DNA of 64,000 nucleotides from the NCBI RefSeq assembly GCF_006345805.1, contig NC_043000.1:34038001-34102000 (forward strand), written 5' to 3'. A program made the translations under genes and the position numbers. Below, one piece after another: positions 33,598 to 45,705 of the stretch. The notes below the pieces were generated by a model. That model did no database searches. It had not been told where the DNA came from and saw only the letters and a program-made list of their open reading frames with translations. Every line of letters begins with the position of its first letter. The stretch's first letter is position 1. Origin of the DNA: Octopus sinensis (taxonomy: Eukaryota).

Positions 33598-35647
33598 GGG
33601 TTAACTGATGCTGGTTTAGGAAGCCGTTACTTTTGGATTCAAGATGAAGCTCCGTCAGCTAATGGTCAGCTCCTTGCCCCGAATGAGGGCCAGGAAGAAA
33701 AAACAACCGTCTTTTCAAGTACTGAACAATGAAGCACAACAGTACGACCGCAACTGCAATAGTTTTAGTCCAGAAATGTCCCCTGATATGAATGCAAAAG
33801 GTGACATTGATATTGTGAAAAATGTCTGCTTCCGAAGTGGAATCGAAAACAGCGGCAGTGTTAGTAGTGGCACCAGTAATGGGAACCACACCAGTTCAAC
33901 AACTACCACAACAACAGCATCAATAACGCCAACAAATAATGTAGGCAATGGCAGTACAAACAAAACTGAGAACAATTGCCATGCTATAGACTGCATAGAT
34001 GTTGTGAACTTTAATGTCAACATCAAAGGAGCACCTGGTGACAACAAATGCGTTTGTTGCGACAAACACATTTCACAGATTATGGCGTCATCTTCGTCAT
34101 CATCATCACAAGATGCTGAAAGTACAGATAACGATGAGAATAGCAGCACCAGTGGCTGTAGCTCGGCTTCTAGCGACAAGCAGAACATTCCGAAGACACG
34201 ATCTCGCATCCGGACCAATCCTTGGTTACCTTCACCAAGACCGACACCATCCACTTCACCAACTTACTCGTCTTCCTCATCCTCACTTACCTCTCATTCG
34301 CCCCTAGTGTCGCCACATATTACTAAGGGCCGATATTCACATCCGGCCGCCAACGCTGATTTCCGGCGACTTCAAGAAAATAAAGGATGTCGAGTACGCT
34401 CTGACCGCAGCTGGACACGAAAGTTCGTACTGACCAACTTAAACGCCGCAATTGGCAACGGCCGTCCACGTGGTTATTACTTGTCGGACAGTGATGAACA
34501 ATCACCAATCGGAGACAAGAATGGGTCGATTACAGAAGAAGAAGACGACGGATACTTTGACCATCGAATCAGCTTCGAATATGAAGAAACACTGGAGAAT
34601 TTGCTGGAAGGAGACCTCCAACAGCTGCGGAACGAGAGTTACCTTTCCATTCAAGACTTATTAACCGACGACTCTCGTCGCGATAAACGGAGGAGCACTT
34701 GCTCAGAATTCAGTTGTTGCCATGACGACAGCTGTGATGAAAGCGTTGCAGCCGACGCCATTAGCAACGACCTGGAAGGCTCATTAGTTTCATCAACTCT
34801 CAGCTCTGAGTTGACTGATATACGGGAAACAGACACTGGCTATTCGAGTTTAGCCTTCGACAGTCCCTCATCTGATTTAGACAAGGCTTTTGAAAATATT
34901 TCAGAACAAGGAGACATTAATGCTACAGTCCAAACTGGGCGAAGGAGCAGAGATTTATCCGATGACAACAACAAAACGGAAGACGAGGAATCCGAGATTC
35001 GGTCTGAATTAGCCGAAGAGAGCGAGCTTATGGATCTTTTCCGTGACGATTTAACTGATGACGAAGTGGTTGCAACTTTGGACGAATCGACAATAAAGGT
35101 TCTCCAATCTACCGATTGCTGCTCTGATGACGATGAGCTGTTGGCATTGGAAGAATCGGAAAAAGTATCCAGTCTTGTCGGCAAAAACCAATACGTAAAG
35201 CCTACTGGAAATGAGAAAGACAGTATAGCTAAAGTTGTGGTCGACGACGATGGATGTGTCACCGGTGCTGTGCCGCGTCGATCTCTCAACGAGATAAGAT
35301 GCAGTCTTGAAGAGAAAGTCAACAAACTTCGCCAAGAGAAACAACTTGTGGAGCAAAAAATTCGTGAGGCGAAAGAAGCCGAAAAGATCCGAGTGCAAGA
35401 GAAAAGGAAATTACAAAAACACGTGATCATGCACCGGAAACAGATGCTTCTACAGACACTAACCAATCTAAAGGAGAGGTTAGAAAACCAAAGCACTCGT
35501 CTGCAAACAAGCTACAGCGCCGTTCTTTCGATGCAGCAAAGATTTGCACAACGCCAGTCGCCATTGCTGCTGATATCAGCGAGTAGCTCTTGAGACAACT
35601 CAACCAAAGATTTCTTGCTTTCAGGGCAACAATATCAAAATTACTAG
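33598..35647 (+). other. 2050-nt internal exon containing the whole 649-aa ORF
   Basis: Long polypyrimidine tract ending CTCTTTCAG| at 33597; donor TAG|GTGAGT at 35648. Confidence 0.75.
33644..35593 (+). CDS. 649-aa uncharacterised protein: basic N-terminus, S/T-rich and acidic disordered middle, C-terminal coiled coil
   Basis: Only long non-repetitive ORF in the window; in-frame TAG at 33617 fixes the start. RMRARKKK near the N-terminus, RSRIRTNPWLPSP at aa 186-198, heptad-like charged helix from aa 545 (RRSLNEIRCSLEEKVNKLRQEK...). No signal peptide, transmembrane segment or recognised domain. Confidence 0.9.
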   Translation: MKLRQLMVSSLPRMRARKKKQPSFQVLNNEAQQYDRNCNSFSPEMSPDMNAKGDIDIVKNVCFRSGIENSGSVSSGTSNGNHTSSTTTTTTASITPTNNVGNGSTNKTENNCHAIDCIDVVNFNVNIKGAPGDNKCVCCDKHISQIMASSSSSSSQDAESTDNDENSSTSGCSSASSDKQNIPKTRSRIRTNPWLPSPRPTPSTSPTYSSSSSSLTSHSPLVSPHITKGRYSHPAANADFRRLQENKGCRVRSDRSWTRKFVLTNLNAAIGNGRPRGYYLSDSDEQSPIGDKNGSITEEEDDGYFDHRISFEYEETLENLLEGDLQQLRNESYLSIQDLLTDDSRRDKRRSTCSEFSCCHDDSCDESVAADAISNDLEGSLVSSTLSSELTDIRETDTGYSSLAFDSPSSDLDKAFENISEQGDINATVQTGRRSRDLSDDNNKTEDEESEIRSELAEESELMDLFRDDLTDDEVVATLDESTIKVLQSTDCCSDDDELLALEESEKVSSLVGKNQYVKPTGNEKDSIAKVVVDDDGCVTGAVPRRSLNEIRCSLEEKVNKLRQEKQLVEQKIREAKEAEKIRVQEKRKLQKHVIMHRKQMLLQTLTNLKERLENQSTRLQTSYSAVLSMQQRFAQRQSPLLLISASSS

Positions 35648-36620
35648 GTGAGTCCCTTCACTTTAGTTTAGTTTCTTTTGTATACACACACACACACACA
35701 CGAACGTGTGTGTTTTACATGTTTAGAAATACTTATCTTTAATTGTATGAATGTTTCTTTGTATGGGAATAGCAATTCTTTTTCGTAACATTTAACATTG
35801 GTTCGCATGTATTTAACATAATTTATGCAATCTTACTTCAAATCACCAAACTTATTCTTTCATGTCAACAATACTACGAATGTATTTCTCTCGTCCCAAG
35901 ACTGGAGGTTTCGCCTTCTTTTCTTTTTTTGTATTGCCTCGTTTTTACTTTCTTTTTTGCCGTGTCTCCTAACACGTCACATCAATACTTTTAACAATCG
36001 TAACATCCAAGGGGTCAATGTTTAGCTCTTGTTTCCTGTCTCCCACGAATGTCACATGGAATTATCCATAACTGATTCTATGACACAATATTATACTAAC
36101 GGCCATTTCGAACTTATGACCAGCGACTTCACAGACCAATATTGCGTCTACTCAAGCGAGCACACAAATTACTCTAGTGCAAAAATAAGACTTAGAGGTT
36201 AATAGCAAATCTGAAGTTCTCATTCAAGGACAGTCAGCGGCCTTCGCATGAAATATATTCATTTTCCCTTCCACTCTCAATGTTAATTTAGCCCTCAGTT
36301 CCCTACTCAGGTGAAGCGTATAGACTAAGGGGCGAAATGCTTGAAACCCTCAGCTACCGGCTGATGATGCAGAAGGGTTTCTAACACTGCAATGGATTTA
36401 GAAGAGCATGCAAAACCACTGGTTAGCTCCTGCAGTTTCTGCGCCAGTCAAAAATGCGTACCAACTGCCATAGTTACTGTAACTTGATAAAATGAAGCGT
36501 CCCCTGAGGAGCGATTGTGGTTGAGCATCTACATGCTTTTTGGAAATTGTGTTGCAGGGCTGCAAACAAAAATAATGGTGAAATCCGCATAGCAACTTTA
36601 ATATAAACTCGTCTTTATCC

Positions 36621-36702
<82 letters not shown>

Positions 36703-36705
36703 TAA

Positions 36706-37141
36706 GGCGGTGAACTGGCAGAATCGTTTGCACACCGGGAAAAATGCTTTGTGGCATTTGACCCGTCGTTACGTTCTGGGTTCAAATGCTGCCGGGGTCG
36801 ACTTTACCTTTCATCCTTTCGGAGTCGATAAATTAAGTATCAGTTGAACACTGGGATCGATGAAATCGTCTACACCCTTCCCACAAAATTTCAGGCCTTG
36901 TGCATATAGTAGAAAGGATAATTATTATTAAGGCGGTGAGTTGGCAAAATCGTTAGCACGCTGGACGGAATGCTTAGCGGTATTTCGCCCGTCGTTACGT
37001 TCTGAGTTCAAATTCCGCCGAGGTTGACTTTGCCTTTTATCTGTTCGGGGTCGATAAATTAAGTACCAGTTGCGTACTGCGGTCAATCTAATCGACTGCC
37101 CCCCCTCCCCCAAAATATCAGGGCTTGTTTCTATAGTAGAA

Positions 37142-37142
<1 letters not shown>
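36706..37142 (+). mobile_element. Two tandem family-1 SINE monomers (A-C form; 36706-36918, 36932-37142) embedded in (ATT)n
   Basis: (ATT)n lies before, between and after the copies; each ends ...TATAGTAGAAA. Confidence 0.85.
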
Positions 37143-37175
<33 letters not shown>

Positions 37176-37249
37176 TATTATTATATTATTATTATTATTA
37201 TATTATATTTATCTATTTACGCTTAAACACACATATATATGTATACATG

Positions 37250-37281
<32 letters not shown>

Positions 37282-37295
37282 ATATATATATATGT

Positions 37296-37360
<65 letters not shown>

Positions 37361-37499
37361 CATGTACATATATATACATATATATATTATACATATATAC
37401 ATATCTATATATATATATATATATTATATATATATATATATATACATATATACATATATATATATATACATGTACATATATATACATATATATATATAC

Positions 37500-37530
<31 letters not shown>

Positions 37531-37620
37531 CATGTATACACATGTGGGTTTAAGTGTAAATAAATATGTATATATGCATATTTATGTGTCTGTATATGTG
37601 TGTGTATATACATATGTCAT
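37142..37620. repeat. Compound (ATT)n/(TA)n/(TACA)n microsatellite field
   Basis: Direct reading; source of spurious Y/I-rich ORFs. Confidence 0.95.
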
Positions 37621-37838
37621 ACAAAGGCATGCAATTAAAGATAAGTGTTCCTAAACACATAAAACAACATTAGCTGAACATAGATCTATTCCGTACATGT
37701 GTAGACTAGAGTATAATAATTTTTGTTGGCACACACACAGACACTCTTACCTTCATCAATATCTGAGTCTCTTTATGCAATTATTATTCTAATTATTGCT
37801 GTTGTTACAACGCTTTTGTGTATATGTCTGTCTGTATG

Positions 37839-37891
<53 letters not shown>

Positions 37892-38366
37892 CTTCTCTCA
37901 GCCTAAACATTTTGATTCCGGTTGGGTTCTGCTTATAAATTCCCCCCAACAGTCTTGGAGATTCCGCACAGTTGAATAATCATCACCATTCCTCCTTCAG
38001 ACAAAAAGTTGAATATGCAGAGCACACACATACAAACACACACACACACAGGCACACACACACACACATACACACACACACACACATACACAAACACACA
38101 CACGCACACTCACTCTTTCTTTCTTCCTCTCTCTCTTCCTCTTGCTCTCACGCACGCACACACATACATACACACATATACGTACATTCATTTATGCATA
38201 CATATGTGTGTGTGTGTGTGTGTGTGTGCAGAAAGCCCAATAAAAACTATATGAATGACATAACGAGGCCGAACAGAATGCACAAAGTTAATGTACAGCT
38301 TTTGTGTATGTGTAGATGTGGGTGTTTGTGTGTGTTTGTGTGTGTGTGTGTGTATAAATATATGCA

Positions 38367-38400
<34 letters not shown>

Positions 38401-39079
38401 TTTATTCAATGCTATTTTCGTCCCACTACGTTTACAATTAAAGCCACCACCGCTGTAAGATTGTCGTCAATGTTTAACAACGGATCAGGTTTGTTGGTCT
38501 CAACGAATCGACTGAATGGCTTGAAAAACTGCGATTATTCCACCCTACCACCCCTTCATCCACCCCACTGCTATTATGCCGCCCTACTGCCACCACCACC
38601 ACCCCCGCCCCACTCCCGCCGCCGCTGCTATTATTCTCTCAACACGTTTTAGCAACACGTGATTACAAGAACTAACAAAAATAACATTTGTGCACACATA
38701 CATAAATACACACACATACACACACACACACGATCACTAGCACACACAAAAATACACAGACACTCACACATTTACACACATACTTCTGCTTACGAACGTT
38801 TACACAACGACGCGCGCGCGCACACACAAATTATAAAGCGCAAGAAACCAAGAGTAAAAATGTTGTTTTTAGTGAAAATGTGGTTCAAGAAAATATAAAC
38901 AGACAGAAACGTAAGTGGAGTGCAGTGAGGGATTGTTTCAACGGAGCAAATGGGAGGGGAGGCTCTATTCTGACTTGCTAGAAATAACAACTAAATTACC
39001 CACAAAACAAAATGTACTTTCTCATCCATTTCAGAAAACAGAATATACTTAAATCGTCATATTCTCTTCTCTTGGATAA

Positions 39080-40064
39080 GGTTGTCGTAGTTTCAAATAG
39101 CGTGAGAGACTTAAGTGTAAGTATGGACAACGGCCTAAACTAGAGCGCACACATCATTAATAGAATCAATATGGCCCGTAGAAAGTTCTCATGAAGCCTG
39201 AGAACTTTCCAGTTCAGAGATTCTGATACCGACATTCTTCTCTACATTTTCCTGGCCACACCTACTGCTGCCCGTTTATGAACTTTATAAGCAAAATAAA
39301 AAAAAATTAAAAAAAGGTTACGGAAAATGAAGCCTTCAAAGATCGATCACAAAGTATAAATAAATATGTGCCGGTGGCACGTTAAAAGCACCAACCGATC
39401 ATGGCCGATGCCAGACTCCCCTGGCACCTGTGCCAGTGGCACGTAAAAAGCACCCACTACACTCGCGGAGTGGTTAGCGTTAGGAAGGGCATCCAGCTGT
39501 AGAAACAATGCCAGATCAGACTGGAGCCTGGTGCAGCCCCTGGCTTCCCAGACCCCTGTCGAACCGTCCAACCCGTGCTAGCGCGGAAAACGGACGTTAA
39601 ACGATGATGATGATGGTATGACAGGTTATCACTGTTGGGATCGCTTCAGTCTTAAACGCCAATATCATTTGTACAACGTGGGGAATATTCCAGAAATCAC
39701 AGTCTAAATGATACTGATTCCAAGTTTACGAGTCATCCAAGATTTGACCCCCGGAACTATGCGCCCCTACAAGAATCAAACTCACATTACATCACCAGAA
39801 TGCGGCCCAGTTTTTCACTCCAGCTGGTCCTGCCCTATTCAACCAAACATCGGGATAGAAGTCAAAGGAGAAAAGACCCCATAACGTTCAAATGGTACAG
39901 GGATAAATTCCTTCAAGAAATACCAGACAAACCACTGACAATTGGATATATCTCAGCAGAATGAGTTATGATGCCCTTGCACGGACTTGTGCCTCGTGGG
40001 GTGGGGGTAGCTTTCTAGGTGCAATCCCTTGCTCATTCATGACCGAAGGGGGTCTTTACTTTAC
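39080..40064 (+). mobile_element. CR1/L2-group LINE 3' fragment, decayed, interrupted by an RTE-type insertion
   Basis: SVRDLSVSMDNGLN*SAHI...S*SLRTFQFRD (TGG mutated to TAG/TGA), later AGPALFN and FKWYRDKFLQEIPDKPLTIGYISAE*, then a short 3' UTR ending CTTTACTTTAC. Confidence 0.75.
39368..39615 (+). mobile_element. RTE-type 3' end with (ATG)n tail, nested in the CR1/L2 fragment
   Basis: GTGGCACGTAAAAAGCACCC...GCGTTAGGAAGGGCATCCAGCTGTAGAAAC...CGGACGTTAAACGATGATGATGATG. Confidence 0.7.
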
Positions 40065-40070
40065 AATATA

Positions 40071-40116
<46 letters not shown>

Positions 40117-40330
40117 CGAAATCAAACAGTCCACGGTCAATTATGGACGTACGTTTCTGGATTAGAATCAAAGATTCATTTCCTTTATCAACATAATATT
40201 CCGGTAAATAAATCTAGAAATGCTAGGAAATCTTACCCTCCATATTTCCGACCAGGCGACATCGGGGCATACAGAAGCTAATCAGCATATCCACATTTAT
40301 ATAGACAAGTGAGGGAATACGAATTCACTT

Positions 40331-40412
<82 letters not shown>

Positions 40413-40415
40413 ATA

Positions 40416-40589
40416 GGCGCAGGTGTAGCTGTGTGGTAAGTAGTGTGGTTCTGGATTCAGTCCTACTGCGTGGCATTTTGGGCAAGTGTCTTCTACTATA
40501 GCCTCGGGCCACAAAAGCCTTGGAGTGGATTTGGTAGACGGAAACTGAAAGAATCCCGTCGTATATATATAATATAATATATATATATA

Positions 40590-40642
<53 letters not shown>

Positions 40643-40856
40643 GTATGTATTTGTTGTCTGTGTTTGTCCCAACCGTCGCTTCACAACCGATGTTGGTGTG
40701 TTTACATCCTTGCAACTTAGCGATTCAACAAAAAGGGACCGATAGTGTAAGTACTAGGCTTACAAAGAATAAGTCCTGAGGTCGATTTATTCGACTAAAG
40801 GCGGCACTGCAGCATAGCCACAGTCAAATGATTGAAACAAAGAAAAAGAAAAAAGA
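40416..40856 (+). mobile_element. Family-3 SINE with expanded internal (TA)n
   Basis: Head GGCGCAGGTGTAGCTGTGTGGTAAG; (TA)n at about 40562-40645 right after GAAAGAATCCCGTCG; standard tail. Confidence 0.85.
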
Positions 40857-41131
40857 ATATATATATATATGGTGTATGTATGCATGTGTGTATGTATGTA
40901 TGTATGTATGTATGTATGTATGTATGTATGTATGTATGTATGTATGTATACATGTCTGTATATGTATATGCGTGTGTGCTTATGCGAGTGTGTTTGCCAC
41001 CCGCACCCCACCACTACTACTGCTTGACAACCAGTGTTGGTTTCTTTACGTCCCCTATAACCTAGCGGTTCGGCAAGAAAGAAACTGATAAAATATGTTC
41101 CAGACTTAAAATAAGCACTGGAGAGGGAGAA

Positions 41132-41163
<32 letters not shown>

Positions 41164-41438
41164 GAAAAAGGTGTGATGTATAACAATGAAACTACTTTAA
41201 ATCAGAAAATATTTTTTTTACTGGTTGATTGCCGGTCTGAAAGAGGTTTGGTGCATAAGTATTGGAGCAGAGTGTGATGTTATGGTGCTTTGCCATCCAT
41301 TGTTGTAAAAGTGAAACAGTGCCACAGTGAGACTCTTTCATAGAAGTTAAAAATCTGTGGATAAATCTTGGAATAGGGCGCGCGCGCACAAACATACACG
41401 CACACACACACACACACCACACACACACACACACACAC

Positions 41439-41491
<53 letters not shown>

Positions 41492-41904
41492 TACATACAT
41501 ACAATTAATATAATTTTTCTGAATCTTCAGATTTTAATACGCTAGACCACTGGTTTTAAATTGATATTAGTTAAATTAATATTCAATTTGTCACCCTTAT
41601 ATATATGTGTATGTGTGTGTGTGTATGTGTGTGTGTGTGTGTGTTTATGTATGTATGTATGTATATGTGTGTGTATATATGTATATGAGTGTGCTTATGT
41701 GTGTGTGTGTCCCATACAGAAGTTAAGACTGTGGAGTAATCAACTTTAGAGATGAGGATAAATTTTGGAATAGGGCGCGCACACACACACACACAAACAC
41801 AGAGTCAGAAAGCAAGCACGCTAAACTTATTTTCACATTCATTCTATGTCTAGCAAATGCCTCATTTACAAACGAATGTTATTCATATTCAACAAATTGA
41901 ACAC

Positions 41905-41947
<43 letters not shown>

Positions 41948-42234
41948 GGTAATCAGAATGGGGAATCTAAAAACAGAAACAATTCCTATCATAGTAGGTG
42001 CATTAGGCATGATAAAAAAATATTCAGACAAATACATAACAAAAACACCAGGACTTACGAACACATATAACATACAGAAAATTGCACTACTAGGCACTGC
42101 ACACATCCTACGCAGAACACTTTCCATACAATAAACATCAGAGCATCACAACAAATCACAGCACATACCTAAGGCACATAGAGCTGCGCTCGGTAGTGAA
42201 GTGAAAGCACGCTATAAAAATAAAACTACTGAAT
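41948..42234 (+). mobile_element. 5'-truncated Dong/R4-clade LINE inserted in a (TAA)n repeat
   Basis: Open frame 41949-42134 reads VIRMGNLKTETIPIIVGALGMIKKYSDKYITKTPGLTNTYNIQKIALLGTAHILRRTLSIQ*, the RLE C-terminus. (TAA)n flanks at 41906-41947 and 42236-42272. Confidence 0.85.
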
Positions 42235-42235
42235 G

Positions 42236-42273
<38 letters not shown>

Positions 42274-42698
42274 GATGTTAATACTAACAATTGCATTCAT
42301 ATTTTCCTATTTTCCAATTTTAATGTTCATGTTTTATTCTTTCATTTTCCAGAATGTGTGAGCCCCACCCAAAATACAAACGAAAACTGAAAGAAAGACA
42401 GAGAAAAAAAGAAAGAAAGAAAGAAAAGACAAACAGAAAAAAAAAGTTTCTCTTCCATGACCCACTTAGAAAATTCATGAACAATAAAAACAACAACAGT
42501 AAGAAGAAGAACAACATCAGTCGTACAGAAAGAAGATGGGAGAGGGTTCGAATGAGGACATCGCAACTATTTTGACTTCAGGTTGAATAGAAAAAGAAAA
42601 AAAATTATAATCTGTAGAATAGAAGATGATGTATTTGGAGAGTTTATCATCACACCTCTCTGACTGTATTAACGGTAGCAAGGCGAAGAGCAAGGGGC

Positions 42699-42724
42699 AG
42701 GTCACAAAAGGTCACAGAAGGTCA
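42699..42724 (+). promoter_or_regulatory. Three perfect AGGTCA half-sites, each 4 nt apart (double DR4)
   Basis: AGGTCA caaa AGGTCA caga AGGTCA. Confidence 0.4.
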
Positions 42725-43481
42725 CAGTAGAAATAAATAATTAAATAAAGTCTAGAATCCGACAGGTAGCTGTAGAAACAATAGAAATGTAGAAATGTTT
42801 AATTCAGAAGCTTATTGCCACGAAAATAATGTCCGCCATGAACTAGAAACTATAGAGCAGATATAAAAAAACTGCAGCAGGTGTACCAAGGACATTAAAG
42901 AAATATGTAAAGAGATTAGGGAAGAGACGTTAGTGATTCGGAAAGATGTTAAGACAAACTACAAGAAGTTCAAATGAAATTTAGGATAAGAACAAAATCT
43001 GATAATCAAGTTAATAATTGATTGTTGATGACTAGATTGATAAAATATATAGAAAAAATTATAGATCAGCAACTAACTAAAAGGTATATTTGGAAGTAGA
43101 AATAAGCAAATGTAGAAAGTACAGCCATGAGTTTCTAATCTACAGAGAAATAACATAAAAACATCAGAATTTCCGATTTATAGTGATAGATATTTATTTA
43201 TTTAAATATTGATAAAACAAAAAATGATTGGTGCTGTTGTTGCTGCTACTACTACTATTATTATTTGCATCTAAAATTAGTTTCTTTCACTTTCTCCAGG
43301 CTTTTTGGACCAAACTTATCCCCCCACCTTTTACACTTAGATTTCTCATTTCTTTCGCTTTAAGTTTTTTCTTCAATTTGCTGTCCTCAGACTATACATT
43401 CATAATTTTATTTGTAACATTTTACCAACCAGATTAATTCCTCCTTACCAAATAGATATTTTTACAGCTACATACACAGAG

Positions 43482-43536
<55 letters not shown>

Positions 43537-43638
43537 ATATAATATATATATATATGTATGTATGTATGTATATATACATACATGCATGCATGAATATGTA
43601 CATACATACATACATACATACATACATACATACATACA

Positions 43639-43670
<32 letters not shown>

Positions 43671-43978
43671 AGCATGCAGAGTAGCTAGTCCTGGTAAATA
43701 TCCAAACTATAAAAAAAAAATTAATATTTCACTCCTCTTTTTACTCTCCATTCTTCTAGATCTCACCTCGCCCCTCTTCAGTTTCTATATAAAACGAATG
43801 TTATATTATTTTTATATTTAAAACCACAATTTTGTGTTTTCCTGTGACGCCTGCCGAGCCTAACAGAAACTCTGTCACAAAGTCCAATCTCTGTTAAAAT
43901 CCTACCGTTAAACATCAAAAGTCAAGGGCCTATTGTAAGAAATTAAAACAACATTTTTTTTTTCTTTTTTCTTTTCAG

Positions 43979-44471
43979 CTAACAATCACCACTCATCAAC
44001 ATGAAGAATTGGTGAACTTTCTTTCAGCATTTTCAAAGTATTCTCCCGCCCCACCATTCGTATTTTGCTTGTGTGTATGTGTGTGTAGATTCTTCAGTCA
44101 TTTTCTCTATTCTGTTTTGTTTTAGCATTTAACTATTTATTGAATATTTATTGATGTATATGTTTTCCTTCTACACATAATTTTATTTCCATATTGCCAT
44201 ATTCTTTTTAAATTTACCATTTTTCATTCTTCCAACATATTTCTAATTCATCTTCATGCTATTTTTACCTTTACCAAATATATATTAAATTTCAAATTAA
44301 CTTTCCTCTCCTAATTATCACCTTTATTTCCGACACACACACACCTCCTTGTGAACATATTCTTTTCACCTCTTCCCCACTCAGTTAAGTAATTAATTTT
44401 GCTAACACAATTAAAGGACAATTTGCTAAGATTATTGGATTAAATGGTCAGACAGAATAGAAATGAATAAA
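43979..44471 (+). other. Candidate downstream (3' UTR) exon of the 649-aa gene; 3' boundary uncertain
   Basis: Strong acceptor TTTTTTTTTTCTTTTTTCTTTTCAG| at 43978; AATAAA near 44466. Linkage inferred. Confidence 0.35.
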
Positions 44472-45066
44472 AACCAAGTTGTAAATAAATGCACATCATA
44501 CATACATATATTAAGATATGTATGTACATATTCATATATTCATATATATATATAATATAATATAATATGACATATATATATATATATAACTGTATATGTA
44601 TACACATAAGCACATATATGTAAATGCGCATACACAGCCACATATATTTACTCATATATTATAAATTAGCTTCACCCAACATTTTTTCCTAGCTTTCTTC
44701 TCTTTTATAAATGTATTCCTATAAATACAATACGCATAATAACAATAATTTCATACATACATTGTATATTACTGAGTGTGTATATATGTATATTATATAT
44801 ATATATATATATACAAAACCAGCTCCCTATACGTTTATATATATATATGTGCGTGTATGTATGCACGTGTATATATATTTATATATATATAAATATATGT
44901 ATATATATTTATTTATATATACTTATATATATATATGTATATACTTATATATATATTTATATACATATTTATATATATGTATACACACATGTGTATAGAT
45001 ATATATGAATAGAATATAGATATATATTTGCATATATATACATGTATAAATGCACACATATATACG

Positions 45067-45097
<31 letters not shown>

Positions 45098-45436
45098 ATA
45101 TATATATATAATCTGCTTCAAGGGAATTGCATCTGATCCATGCTAGTGTGGAAATGTGGACGTTAAACGAGGATGATGGTATGTATGTTTGCATGCAATA
45201 TCTATTACTCATAATGCATAAAATCAATACATTGAAAGAAAAAAAAGTGATTCGGTACATATAACGAGTCACAAATTAATAGGAAAAATGATTGACAGCT
45301 ACATCGAAGTTTCGCCAGCGGTGACTTGTTTATACTTTCAGTCTCAATTAGTCACCATTGGCGAAGGTTTGATCTGTCAACATCCATATATACATACATA
45401 TACACACACAAATATGTGTATATATGTATGTACACA

Positions 45437-45480
<44 letters not shown>

Positions 45481-45647
45481 TATACGTATATGTATGTATA
45501 TACATTTATATATATATACACACTCTCATTTATTTATGGACATAGATATGTATATATACATTGATATGCATACGTACATATTGTACATATACAAGCACAT
45601 ACAAACATGAAACTGTTTTGAAACATGAGAATATTTTGACAAAATTT

Positions 45648-45705
<58 letters not shown>

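Noticed and set aside
33659-35496. Antisense and alternative-frame ORFs of 61-218 aa overlapping the 649-aa CDS
   Set aside because: Expected shadows of a long, GC-richer coding exon; no independent splice or start signals.
36343-36381. Hairpin GAAACCCT...AGGGTTTC enclosing CTGATGA
   Set aside because: Element order (GAAA, CUGAUGA, NUH) is incompatible with any hammerhead topology; only a small hairpin.
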